Part shown: positions 46,776-60,579 of the stretch, piece by piece
Layout of the letters: the number at the start of each line of letters is the position of its first letter
Numbering within the stretch: position 1 is the first letter of the stretch
From: Psilocybe cubensis
Lineage: Eukaryota
Reading direction: 5' to 3'
DNA length: 64,000 nt
NCBI GenBank assembly: GCA_017499595.2
Contig: CM039009.1
Location: 806,001-870,000, forward strand
The notes under the pieces: model-generated
The model's database searches: none
Told to the model about the DNA's origin: nothing
What the model saw: the letters and a program-made list of their open reading frames with translations, nothing else
Made by a program: the position numbers and the translations under genes

Positions 46776-47340
46776 TAACACTGAACTATCGGCATCAATC
46801 TTTTTTCTCGCAATCTCATGTCATGTCAAGAATACAGCAGGTACCTTGACTTCCTATCAGAAATTGATAAATGCTAACGTCGAGTTGATCCAAATTCTGA
46901 CAAGTGACTGGCTGTACCAGGCCATCTGCAGTTCATTCCATCCGGCTACCTGAATCACGACTCATGATTAGTACTCAATCACCCGTAAATAGTGCTTGGA
47001 ACAAAGATGACCATAGAACCAGTGTTTTCTATTATAAATCAATAAGTAATGAAGAAGGCATAAATAATGTACACGCAATGTAAAAGATTATATATATGAT
47101 ACAAGTCTACAAACATAACTTGACCATTTTAAAGGTCAACTTCAGTGCCGATGGTGCCAGATTTGGACCAAAAGTCCCCGAGGAACACTCGGATTGTCCG
47201 ATCAGCGTAAGATACGATTCAAAGAGAGGATTGGTAAAGACAGTGTCCAGTTTGAGTCCAAAAGAGTGCGAGGTTTCGAGGAGAACGAACGTGAATCCCG
47301 AAAGAAATCGGGAACATGAAGCCAGAGAAGCAAAACAAAA

Positions 47341-50300
47341 TCAAAATGAGAAGATAATTAACCAAGGGTTCAGAACAATCTGTAATAGCAATGTCAGCCA
47401 CAGATATGAATGCCAACGAACCAAGGAACTTACTGGGAACAATAGATGCCCGCCAGCCACGATCCTGAAATTATAATGCGATCAGGTCTAGCACAATGAA
47501 AATCATATATTATAAAACTTACGCAAGAGGGACGATAACTCCCCAAGCATCTATACGCCAGCCAGGTGGTACAAGAGTTGTTGAAAGAATGATGATGGCG
47601 GCGATCGCGATGATGCAAATAAAAAATACACGTCCGTAGCGTTTAAGAATTATTGGAATTTCTTTCCAAAAATTCGACCGTTCGACTTCCTACAATCCTA
47701 GGATCAGCCTACATATGTTACACTGCAAACAACACTTACTTTGGCTGTTGCTCCCCAGGTGATATTATAAGAGAACATATGCGCCAATAAAGCTGCCGAG
47801 AGGTGCATACTCAAACCGCCGAAGAAGAACCAGCTATTAACAGAACTTGGTGAAAGGTTTTTTAGAACAGAAAATCAATACGCACAAGAATGGGACGTAT
47901 CCAAAGTTCTCAACCAAAGACGAGAAGATGTCGCGCTGTCCAAGCCGATATTCCAAAAGAGTGTATGCTACATTTCCAGCGCCTGGGAAAACGACCGTGC
48001 AGGCTAAAAATATCTCAAAGCTGTGCATGTAAAACCCATCGACGTCGAGTGCCCAGCCCAAGAGGAAGTAATTCATGAACGACAAGACGGAGGACGCTGC
48101 AATTCCGTAGTAGCTGAACATGTACGACATCATACTAATCTTGTAGTGGACTGGGGCTCCGGACCATAGGAAAATACGCAGTTGTTTGTTGATAGGACCC
48201 TTACGATGCCATTCAATTAATGGATTAAAAATTAATTCGTTGCATCCTACACAGAGACATCAGAGTATGTTGAATGCAGTGGAAAGGAAAGCGAACCATA
48301 TGCGTATTTTTGCCAGCGATTTAGCTCATCGTTCACAGTTAAGGATACACCCTCTTTAAAACCACCTTCGGAATAGTTAGCCCATCGAATTATGTATCCT
48401 TTGAGCTAAACGTGAATGATGAATAGGAATCCCGGCGTAAAAAATATATACACCCACTTGAAGACGCAGAGCCATGTCAAAGTCTTCCGAGACGTTGCTT
48501 TCTGACCAGACTTTCTTGACATTATCTGCCGGGTCCACGAAAGAGGCTTCCTGAATTGCAGACCAACGAAGGAATGCGTTGTGACCGACGAAAGGAGCGA
48601 CTTCTCCATTCGCGCAAGACAAGGAAATGCATTTGTTAATACGGCGAGTGAAGTGGGCAATTCCATTCTCAAAAAAGTGGTGGGCGACCTGCATAACATC
48701 TAAAGGAGATATCAGATTCTTGGCTCTCTCTATGTCCATGGAGGGGATATGACTTACCTGATTCGTGCTGGATGATCGCTACTTCTGGAGACTCAGCTAA
48801 TTCACGGGCAGCATCTCTAAAGCAATCCTAAATATTAATGAAAGTGAGTGATGATAACCATTGAGTATAGGGTTCAATTTTGCTAGCGGGACCTTACTCA
48901 CTTCCGGAACCACAGTATCAGAGTCGACGATCAAGATGATTTCCCCAACACGCAGCGACCTCGCGTTCTTTGCCCATGGTTTCCATTTCTTCCCGCTGGC
49001 CTCGTATGTCTCCTCGATAGCCAGTTCCAGTGCTTTATCTTCCAAACTAATGGAGTCAAATGATTGACCGGAGTTTTCGAGTTCGATGATATGCTTCTCC
49101 ATACACAAAGACAACTAGAAGAATCTAAATTAAAGCAGTACGACGAAGCAGGAGATGAATCACATACTTGTAGGCCGTAATTCATGTTGCTCGCCTTCTT
49201 GAACCTTCCAGCACGCTTGAAGCCATCAGGTTCGTTTGAATGAGGTGGACGAGCGACCCAGCCAATATTGTGGTTCTCATAAAAGGTTATCCTCTTATCG
49301 CGTTCTTCGGGGCTTAAAGACTGCAGACCGTCGTCGTGTACGAAGATAGCCGAGGTGCCTCCTTGTCTGGCATACGTTTGCATGGCCTTCTTCAGAGAAT
49401 TGACCGAAGGTGTACTGTAATGAAATCAGGCATCGTAAGCAAAAGCATGTGCGAAAGAAGGATGTCTCCGCGAGAAGAAGATTAATGTAGAGGTGTAAAT
49501 TAAATGCTTGGAACAGGGTGACCCCGGCTGTATAAAGCCTGGACATTGAACTCATTCACCCCCAGGCTTTCATTGAAAGCACGTGATCTCAATTTGGCAC
49601 ACTGCCTCGGATCCGTCGTTGAGTAGAAGGAATAAGGGATGACTTACATGGTCTCTTCAAGACTCTCCTTGTATACGGGCATCTCGATCGTGATATGGGG
49701 GAGGCGCTGGTCGACGTCGGGGTTAGGTTCGGGGCGAACGGCAGAATAGTACCGCGAGTTCTCGTGGTACTGCGCAATAGGCCCAATGCTGTTGAACGTA
49801 AGATGTCAGATAGAATATAGAAGGATACAGTATAGACACGTACATCATCGCAATAGTGGTAATAATTTGCAGAGAGAAGAACTAAAATTGGGTTATAAAT
49901 GAGATTTTTACTTTTTTCTAAAGACAAACATCGGGAGCTCACCAATGCGACGCAAACCAGGAAAGGAGCGGTCACAAGCAATGCAAAGCGTTTGTAATCC
50001 CCATCTAATCTCCATTCCTGAAGTAGCATATTTGTACCACTGCCAACGAAGACTGGAAAAGAGTATTAGACAAGTGTCCCGCAAGCTGGGTATTGAGACT
50101 CACAGACAGATAACCCAAGTCCTAGACCGCCATAGATGGGAGCAAAGAGGCGAATAGGCCTAGCCTGGGCAGCCCTCTTCTCGGGGTCTGAAGATGCCGA
50201 AGGTGATTTCTTTGCAGAAAGCTTCCAGCTCCAGTTCCAAAATTTCTTTTTGGGAGGGGTTTCGGGTGCAGCTGTCGTAACTTCCTTCTCGGCCAGAGCT

Positions 50301-51054
50301 GCCGATACGACAGCAGGATCAGGGACGGTGATAGACGACCGTGTAGTCTTCTCGTTAAGGTTCACGTTCGAAGCGGCCGTGGAGGGCGCAGATGAATTGG
50401 AGGCAGAGGTGACGATGGAGGGGGTGGTGTGGTGTCTGGACCGCCATACGAGCTTCATCAATTTCTCCTCAAACTCGTTGCATAATGGGACGATGTTATC
50501 GAGGTTGTCGGACCAAACGACCAAGACATGCTCGTCACGCTATGCCAATTGAACTCAGAGCGAATAATTTTATGCGGTTGAAATGTAACTCACGATGAAG
50601 GCACCACACTGTTCTTTGTCTGCTTTCGGCAAGTGACTTACGGTATCCAAAATTTGAATGCGAGTATTCTGATCGATGTAAATCGCGGTCGCATCTTCTG
50701 CCCTGAAGAGAGTAAACAGAGTTAGAAGTACCATATGAAGGTGCTGTATTTACTTACACAGTGCCTAGGGCGGAATGCACAGCAGCTGTCCGTACTTTAA
50801 CGGCCACAAGAGGGTTGAGGCCGCGTACGGCAGCTTCGAAGGGAATCAAGTATGGGTTTTCGTAAGGAAAAACCCGAAATTGACCAGGCTCGACTCGCAG
50901 GCAGACACCAGCAGAGATGTTTTCTTCAGTGGGTTTGAACCAGGCGTCTCCAAGCGTCTGAAAAAATCGGTCAACCGCTTTCTATAACCGCACACAGGGG
51001 ACTCACGGTGCGGAAAATCCAATGGAGGACTGCATCGAATGAATCGTAATCCAT
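47341..51054 (-). CDS. Membrane-bound glycosyltransferase family 2 (Glyco_trans_2_3-like, processive-type)
   Basis: ATG 51054 (MDYDSFDAVLHWIFRT); HDDGLQ, RAGRFKKASNMN, LIVDSD, FVGHNAFLR, VSEDFD, RWQKYAY; several hydrophobic segments; ends IVLNPWLIIFSF*. Confidence 0.9.
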
Positions 51055-54000
51055 GGATACCAGTCTAAATTACAGTGGCTAACGAAGGAAAGGAAAGCCA
51101 GGAGCGTAGGGTAAGGTAGACACACACACTTGAAAGCCCAAGGAACGGCAGTGTGAATACGAGTATAAAAGAGAATCGTCCTCGCGAGATTCAATCAGAC
51201 GTCGTTGTGATTCTTTAGTAATTCCGCAAAAGATGTGCCTGCTGGCTAGGAAGAGGATGAAGGAGCTCCTAGATTCAAAGAGAGATCCCGGAGTCACCAC
51301 GACAGGCGGTACACGTCTAGGAATCGACATCTATCTATCGGAACAAAAACAGAATGGGAAGATATTCCCTCGGTCGAACTTTTGTCCCTTTGGTGGATAT
51401 TAGCAGATATGTCCCTCGATTGAACGGTCTGTTGTTCTCAGATGTCTTTTTCACCCGCATTCTGTCCACTAAACTGATCGGATTATGATTATGCAATGGG
51501 CCGTGGAAGATGCGAAAATAACGAATGTTGGCTGCTGGCATGATCCTCCGAGAACTTTAGAAGCACCCATGCGATCCGTGAGAGAGACAGGCATTAAGCC
51601 CAAAGGAAGCCTGGTCGCAAACACGCCGTTAGCATAATCCAAACAGCAATCGCTGGGTTCCATGGGATTTCCATTTGAACGCGTTTTCGTGGCGTATCAG
51701 TTCCTCCATACGCTCCGAGTCGACTATGTCCCAGTCAAAGTTGTGTTAGTGAATTTCCAACACGGTATTGACACGCTCTGATGCGGGTCTGTCAGAATTG
51801 GCGGCATATAGGATCAATTTCCGAGCCTCTTTGTCTGTTCTTGGAGTCGATTCCAGCTAAGAGACGACTAGCACATCCAACTGAAGTGCACTCGACTGAG
51901 CGATTCGATATCGGACGCCTACTAGTACTAGTGCCAGTGATTGCCAATCGACGAGCTGTGCACGTTGGCTATCCAATATGAAGAACTTGGATCGCACCCA
52001 ACATCTTGGATTCATGTCGATAACATAGCAAAGAGTCAACATGTAGGAGATGAGTTGACACGAGACGTGGGACTGTCCTTGTACAACATAAGATTTCATC
52101 AAACAGGCATGGCCGCCACAAATAGACTTTGTTTGCCCTTGTATTTTTTAGATCGTCTTGGCCCGATTATGGCTTCCAAATTTGGGTAATTTTCAGGAGC
52201 CTTTTTGCCCCTAAACGGCTGTGTTAACTCCCACAATCATGTTGCAACAAGGAAGAATGGTCACTGGAAGTAGTACACGGTTCAGTATTATAGGAATGTA
52301 GACCTATTTCTTGCTGATGAGTAAAGAAAGGTTGTCTGATAAATTTTACAGCTGAAAATTGATCACTAAATTCTGACAGGGTTATTTACTGGTTCATACA
52401 AATACCATTTTCCGATTAGATAGGTCAGAGATGCACATTATCTACAGCAAAGCAGCGCTTCTATAAGACGGTTTCCAAGACTTAAAGATCCTACGGATGT
52501 TTATCATGGTCCTAGGTATTTAAAATATCACCAAAACTGTGTTAAGCTTCGTATCGAAGGTCTTTTTAGTACCTACTGAGGACCAAGAATGTCTACATAG
52601 TGTAGATTATGATTGACCGCCATAACTACGGTTTCTTCATTTGCGGTGACAAACAGTTGCATGATGAAAGCACTTACTGATGTTCTTTAATCTACCGCTC
52701 TTCGTACTATATCTATCCTATCCGAACTCTCAGGTGTTATGATACTCAGTCCGTTCAGTCAATCCTACCATTATATTCCGAAGCATACTCAATTGAGACG
52801 GCCTTTGAGCTGAGAAGTAAAAATGGTATCTTTACTGTTTTTTGAGAGATGGTACTTCGGCATTACCAATCTGTACTTATTTGAGAAAGCTTTTTAAGTA
52901 AAATTGAACATGATCCTCATGGTTCAAAGAGTATATTCAGGTGAGATAATCAGTCGACATATACCGTCAATTGCAGCCCATTTTGAGCTGTCCCAAAGGG
53001 TTAGTGGATCTGCGGCGTCTAAATCCTAGCACCACTGCGACTATATTAACCAAATTGGCGGATAATATGCTTAGTAGGCACAATGCGCCTCGGGGATTTG
53101 AAAAAGTATGTTAACTTTCAAGCATAATACCCTGCGTAATGTATGGCAGTCGGAATGGGATGCACGGCGTTATTAAAGGCAAACCCGTATGAGGCATTTT
53201 CTGCTCTGAACATTCTTCGGCGACTGAACTCTGTTGATAGATTCAAGACGCTCGAAAGCTTCATGCGCGCGAGTCGCTGTGACCCTTCAACCTGATCGCA
53301 AAGACGCGACCTTTGCATATGATCGTTGGATTACTTGTTGAATCCTACATGCGGATACTAATTTTAACGGAAGCCAATACACGACTATTTCGATTATTGT
53401 ACCTGTATCGACACGGTACCGGCCAATTGCTGAGATACTATAATTATAATTAGTCTTATCGGTTCACACGAAGATTGACAGAAATAGAGTCGTACACAGC
53501 GTTTGAGAGGATAAATTGAAGGGAACAGATCCTTACAGGGGCAACAAATTTAATGAATTTCCTAGCATCTTTTCACATTGAACATGACAAAGGTCAAAGT
53601 GCTCAGCTTGTTTTAAGGAACAGCATTTCCTAGAAATGAGCAAGTGAGTATACTAACCTGACCGACGCCCATAGATTGATATTGGCGCCTTACTTAATTC
53701 GGAACCGGCGCTCTTGACCTATCCTGCAGGTGCTATCAAGTCGGTGGTATCGCATATTCTAATTGGTAGATACAGCTTGCCTAATGCATTCCGAAAGCAG
53801 TGGGCAGACCCTTACTATTTGCAATTGCATACAGAATATACCTGATGTTTCTGAGCTATTTAGGAAGTAAAAGATTCTCTAATAAACGGGGCACTCTAGG
53901 TCTATAATTTCGTTTTCGGTTACCATTCAATTAACCTTTGCCTTGCCTTGCTTTTGCTTTGAGGCCACCCTAAAACCCATATGAAAGATAGTAGCGGCCT

Positions 54001-55879
54001 GCCACTGGGTTTCATCATGGATAACATGGTTTACACAAGTGAAATGTGCAGACATTAGTACCATTGTGTCTTTTTAACTTTACTTTCAGTCTGTAATTTG
54101 AAATAATATGACAGACCTCCAGAGTTCAGCGCAAGTTTTGGCTCTTTGTAAGTTGGCCGAGCCAAGCCGGGCGTCTATTTTTAAACTTTCATTTGTTGAT
54201 GCGTGTTATCCGGAGAGGGCAATCGCCTGCGCCACACAAGCCTACACAAAGCCCAAGACAGAACTCCTGACTTGAACTACAACGTCCACATTGCTTTCAC
54301 CGACATCCATTGCTTGTAATGAAAGCTTGCTGGACAGCCCTTGATGATACGTGCCCGGAAACGATAAAAACATTCCGCAATATGTCGATTTGTAATGAAG
54401 CACAGGCTGCACAGACAGCTTTTTCTCAGGATAGCCTATCACGCTGCAATTCTGTCCCATCAATCGACAACGCCAACGTACATACTTCTATCACCGCCCC
54501 GGAGTTCCCATAAACCAGATTCCGTGGCTCAATGTTCACAATCCTGGCTTGAAATCCACGTTCAGTCTAAACCTGGGTACATCCCCATCAGAATCTCCTG
54601 TTGACTCCTTCGGAATCGCTTTGCAAGCGATGCTGGGAATGAGACGGGCTGGCGGGCACTCTGAAATGTTCAGGTCAGCTTCGGCTCACTTATTTTCATG
54701 TCGTGAATGTCATTTATGTCGGCCTTGCAGCCAGTACCTTGCGTCTTTGTTCTTACAGAACTCTATCGTCCCTTGTGCACATGGCTCTGCAGTGAACATT
54801 GGAGAGATACTCGTGCTCAAGACATCTATGTTTCCACGATCAACATCTAGGTATTTTTACAAAGATGAAAGGTCCAGACTTTCAGCTGAACAAGGAGCCG
54901 ATAATGGAAAATGCAATCCAAAATGTTCACGTATACCGCCATAAAAAACTATGCTCATTGCCATTCACCTGTGCTGGTCGATTCACTATAAGCTATAGGC
55001 TGCTTCTCTTTACCGACGCCGATGTATGACGTATATCCCTCAAGTTTGCTTTCTGTGTTCTGGTGCATAACTCTACCAATTTCTGCAAAGTTTCCTCTTG
55101 ATGCGACCGGCGGCCATGGCCATGGATGGATTATTTCCAAGCTATCAGAATTATATCTCTACACCATGCAGGTCTGTCTGTGACACTTGCCACTGAGTAG
55201 GCAGATGCCGATCACCTGATGGCTGATTCCGTGTCATTCATTCATATATTCGTCCGTGCAGTACGCGAAGATTCGACCTACAAACGGAGAAGTATGTGTC
55301 TGCCAGCAATCATGCCAATCTGCTAATAGTTGACCGTGAGTTCTGTCAAAGTTTTTCTGCGTTCTAACCTGCGCTGAGTACAATGGTCGATTTATTTCCC
55401 TGTTCCCACAGGATTCCTCTGCAGCAATTGAAGCCCTTGTTCCGTCGACGGACGAAGATCATGATTCTCTCCCATATGGACACGGGTTCCGAAGATAATT
55501 GTTTCAATTTACTGGCGGGTGTATGATATTGGTTCTCACGCACCGGAAAATACTATCAATACTGCGGATGTCCGACGTTGATTGGTTTATAAATTGGTAA
55601 CCCGAAAGGAATCCCAGAATCCGAATGAACTCCAAAGAAAGAAGCATCCATCGAGCGAGCCAGATCGATCCTCGAGTGTGAGAGATCCTTTCCCACCATT
55701 CAGGACTCATCATGTCCAGGTACATCCAGAGATAGTTGGACATCCCCGGGACAGTGTACCGTTCGGTGATGTTATCACAGCTGCTGAAGTTGCTCTTATA
55801 ATCGACATCTATCCTGCGGCTTTTGAAGGTTCGCTTGTTCTTAGGTCCAAAAACGTCCTTTGATTGTTCAAGTTCGACG

Positions 55880-58305
55880 ATGCCTGTGTCACCTTTGGTC
55901 CTCGCCGGCGACGAGAAGCTTAAGCCGCCCCAGCCTAAATTTGCCATTGCGGAGGGTGCATCTGATGCCGACCAAGAGGCCAACAGGGCGTCGCACCACT
56001 CGAGGACCACGTCTGGCACCGTCTCATGGCACGAGTCCCCTCCTGTGACTCCCCGCAGTATTTCGTTCGGAAACACCACCAATCCTTTTTCCGCATCTCT
56101 CATTCACCAGAGCTTTTACACTACCGACCAGACACCCGGAACAAGTCCAACTCATCTTCAAAATGAAAGTAACGGCGGCTTCCCTTTTCCAGACGTTGGA
56201 AGCAGTACACCCCGCAGTGGCGTGACTTCAGTCTCCACAAGCGTGGCCGACCTTACACGAAACTCACACTCGTTTTATAATCGAACGGCCGCAGATTATG
56301 GCTCTGGATCGCCTCGTCCTATGTCGGCCCGCTCTAGAGAGGCTTTTGCTTCTCCTCGAACACGCCCTATGACGATGTACAGTACCGTTCAGCCTTCTAT
56401 CGCCAAAATTGAACGCGATCGCCCCAAATCTACTATGCTAGCCTCTCCCGACCTTTCCAAGCCATGGCTACAGAAGCGTGATCCATATCAACGCATATCA
56501 TACGCCCTCACCTACGCCTTTATTTTTTTGGGCTTTGCCGCAGGAGCCATTCGGTGTTACTTTGGCTGGAAAGAAGTCAGACTTCTGACAGGAAATCTAT
56601 GTCCAGTCCTTATTGAAACGTTTGACACGGAGGATGGCGTTTTTGGCGACAATGGGAAATTTTTCCGAGAGGTCGATATGAGTGGATTCGGGTGCGTTGT
56701 TGTATTTTCAAGTCGCGATAAATTAATTAAACTTCACTGCGTCAGAAATGGGGAATTTGAGATGACCACAGCATCAGAAAATAACTCCTATGTTCGAAAT
56801 GGCATGTTGTACATCACGCCTACTCTTACGTCAGATATTATTGGAGAAGATGCCATTGTGGACGGCCATGTCTTCAACATTACAGGTTGCACCTTCAATA
56901 TCACCCAAGGAATCTCCTACACGTCCTCGATTGCACTGCCAACTAATTCTAGCGCCATCGGTGCTGACCAGGCTTTCGACATTGGATCCTATACTAGAGC
57001 CTGCTCAGCTGTTAGCAACGCAACTAGTGGTCAGATCATCAACCCTATTCAAAGTGCTCGTATTAGCACGCGTAAAACCGCAAGCATTCGGTATGGCCGC
57101 GTCGAAGTCAGAGCAAAGATCCCCACTGGGTGAGTCCGTTCCGCTTTACTCCAATGTTTTCGACTTCGAGCTAACGTTGCTATGTCGCCACTAGAGACTG
57201 GGTAAGCCCGCAATGCGGGGTTATTAAATCAAACCCCCAATTCTGATCCAACCTCTATTTCCAGCTCTGGCCTGCAATATGGATGCTTCCTGTTGACAAC
57301 ACCTATGGGCCATGGCCGATCAGTGGTATGTTCTTTTTAGAAGTTCCGCCTACATCACACATCGCTCCACTCTTCATTAACGAGACCCGTTCACGCCGCC
57401 TTTTCTGTGTGACTTCTCTGATGCACTAAAGATTGCTAATTCTCGTTTGTAGGTGAGATCGATATAATGGAGGCTCGCGGAAATGGACCCAACTATCCCT
57501 TCCAGTTCGTGTATTCGCCCTTATTAGTTATTTGCTTCCTAAACGCCCCAATCATACAGAGGCACTAACTGGGTCCGCGGCTCTCTGAACTGGGGCCCAT
57601 TGACGTGGTTAAACGCAGTCTCTAAAACATTTGGAGCATGGCCTTTGAGACGAGGAACCTACGACCAAGGCTTCCACGACTACGTCCTTGAATGGGACCA
57701 AGACTTTATGTACGTTCATCTTCTCAAGAGGATCCTCCTGGTGGAGTAGTGCTGACAATACTTGCATGTATTGTAGGCGGATATCTGTGGATACACGTCT
57801 TCACCATCTGTTGGACCTCCGAATTAATGAGCCATTCTTCAAGCGAGGAGACTTCCCGGCGGTGGTACAGAATGGGTCGGAAGCCGTCATCTTGGACAAT
57901 CCGTGGAAAAATGGATCAAATGCTGCCCCCTTTGATCAACGTAAGGAAAAATGTATTCATTGATGGTTTGTTCGATGCTCATGCAGCCTCTCCAGCCTTC
58001 TACTTGATCTTGAATGTCGCTGTTGGTGGTACCAACGGGTGGTTCCCTGATGGTGGTGGAAAGCCTTGGTTGGATGGGTCAAATAGTACGTTAGAGTTCA
58101 ATTTCAGTCAGACCACTCGCTAATAATATTTTCAGCTGCCATGGGCGATTTCTGGGCCAACAGGAAGCAGTGGTTGCCTACGTGGTCAACATCAAACGTC
58201 GAAGATCGATCCCTGGTTATGTGAGTACTGTACACATTCTCCAGTCTCACCAGTAACTTATGGTCAATCATTAGTGACCATGTCAAGATGTGGCAACAGT
58301 GCTAA
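55880..58305 (+). CDS. Glycoside hydrolase family 16 (beta-glucanase / glucan-binding-like) with Ser-rich N-terminus and single TM anchor; start codon uncertain
   Basis: ISYALTYAFIFLGFAAGAI TM; YGRVEVRAKIPTGDWLWPAIWMLP; catalytic GEIDIMEARG; FYLILNVAVGG; DHVKMWQQC*. Confidence 0.9.
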
Positions 58306-59137
58306 ATCTGCGTGAAGAACTTATTCTGATTATATGTATCATACAACTTCGCTCTTAAGTATCACATACATTGGACATTGCGTTTAAAGGCAAACGCCAC
58401 CCCGCCTCACTCGTTTACTCTTTCACTGTCGTTTTTGTGCACGACCAAACCAGTTGCTTTTTTGTACGGTTTGATACGATCATTTTTTGTATAACCAGAG
58501 AACTTAATTTGTTTATGTTTTTGGTATTATCTACGATATCACTATATATTTTATCACTTAGATTGACTTTAGTAGACCACTCGAAGCCTAGCAGCTCGGA
58601 CAATCCAGCCCCTTTTCCACTATGGCATCATGATTTCTGGCGCCCGTCACTCAGTCATGTCAATGACCAAACACACATGTTCAAAGTTCAAGAAACGAAT
58701 TCTTTGATTGTGTAGGCCTCACAGAAATTTGGTTTTAGGCACTATAAACGGCCTAAGCATATCGGGTTGACTGTACTATAGCTATATGCCTTCAACAGCG
58801 TCGGTTTACTCACCTCAATCGTTGGCACGTATACTAAGGACTAGACTATGACAGTGGGATATTGAATTGAATCTCGTAGGGCAATTTCATTTTTCATCAT
58901 TGGAAAACCGATTGGAAAGCCACTTTTCTGCACTTTAGGCATCCAGAGAAGATGCATTATACACCAGCACTACTTTTTTACAAGCCGTGATCGGAACCGC
59001 GACATAAGATGTATTGACCATCTGTATGGCCACGATCTATCCGCTGGAGTCGAATCTCAAGTTTTGCAATCCGGATAGACATCTCAAGAGGCCAGGCGCT
59101 TTAATTTGCTGCGTTCCAACCTTGACGTCACCATACA

Positions 59138-60579
59138 CACGATGGGCACCTAACTGTCATGTGGCTATCTAACATGTTAGCTAGGTTGTTGCCATAATAT
59201 TGTACTATGTTAATTGTCATGTAATTGTCATGTTAACTGTCATGTTTTTTGAGTCACACTGTGCCTTGTCACTCAAGACCATAGGGTCCAGCAGATACAT
59301 ATCCGATTGACTTGGGGGGAAAATGAAAGGACATGTAGAGTGTATACATCAACACTACACCACTTGGCCAATATTGAACACTAGGGGCATTGGCTTAAGA
59401 AAACAGTAATTTGTCTGAATTTTTTTGATTGATCAAATTGCAATTAAATTGCAAGATTTATTGACAATAAAATACAAAGGGTTTAATCACATATTGCCCC
59501 CAAGTCAACCGGTTATTTAACTTCCAGACTCCATTTTTGATTGCTAGCTTTGGGACTTGAAGACTATTCACGGTTTACTATCACGATCAGGGAGATTTAA
59601 ATATTTGAACAAAGTTATAAATTACAGAACGTACACTCACCCTACTGGCGTCAAACCTTGCACAATACTAGTACAAGATATACACTCCTTTCTTTCAAAA
59701 ATTTAAGCCCATAGTGCAAACGGTTGAGGAACAGGAGCATTTCCGCGGCAGCAAGGACCCAAAATCATAGAGATTCAAATTTTTCGTCACAGGTAGTCAC
59801 GGTGCCGATTTCAATCTCAGACGGCACACGTACGACTTGAGGCAACAAGGCCCCGGTTGGTTTTGTATCTTTATATATTCCCTAGTACCATACTTTTCAG
59901 TCTAATAAAGGGTATAAACTGATTATTGAGCTTCCTAGTAGAGACTATGTATATAGAAAAAAAGGTCAATGGGGGTAAATTTTTTTTGTCTAAGTTGCGG
60001 TCAATTACATAGGACGCGACGCGTTTCAGACGGAGTTTAAACACATCAATGTGACTTTGCAAGATGTCACTATTTCCATCGTTTGGCATCTGGAAAATCA
60101 AAGAAGTGGATTTACGGAATGAGACTTTGCAGACAGTGATTTTATACTGTAATTAATATGTGTACCAATTTCTGTGCTGATAGCATAAGTGAACAAAACA
60201 GAAATTGGCATTTGATGCCATGTTAACTTGATGGATGGCTGAAGATCATAAAATTTAACATGTTTCCAAGCATTATTCTCATAATATTTTTGCATATTAA
60301 TATACCTACGTACAATCTACACTTAAATGTGCAAAGATATTTGGGAAGAACATAGTGTCAGAAGGCAAGAAACAGGAATTTGGATCTCTAGGTCAGTTTG
60401 AATCCCCGATGATCACGTTAGTACAGAGACTTACTGGGTCTTGAGTGACAAGGTAGAGTGTGACTCAAAAAACATGACAGTTAACATGACAATTACATGA
60501 CAATTAACATAGTACAATATTATGGCAACAACCTAGCTAACATGTTAGATAGCCACATGACAGTTAGGTGCCCATCGTG
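59138..60579. mobile_element. Non-autonomous CACTA/CMC-like DNA transposon
   Basis: 143-bp near-perfect TIRs (59138-59280, 60437-60579) starting CACGATGGGCAC, 3-bp TSD ACA, internal TGTCATG motif repeats, no transposase ORF. Confidence 0.88.

Noticed and set aside
51100-55800. Short ORFs between GT2 and GH16
   Set aside because: No recognisable product; treated as divergent promoter/UTR, though upstream GH16 exons near 55460-55880 cannot be excluded.
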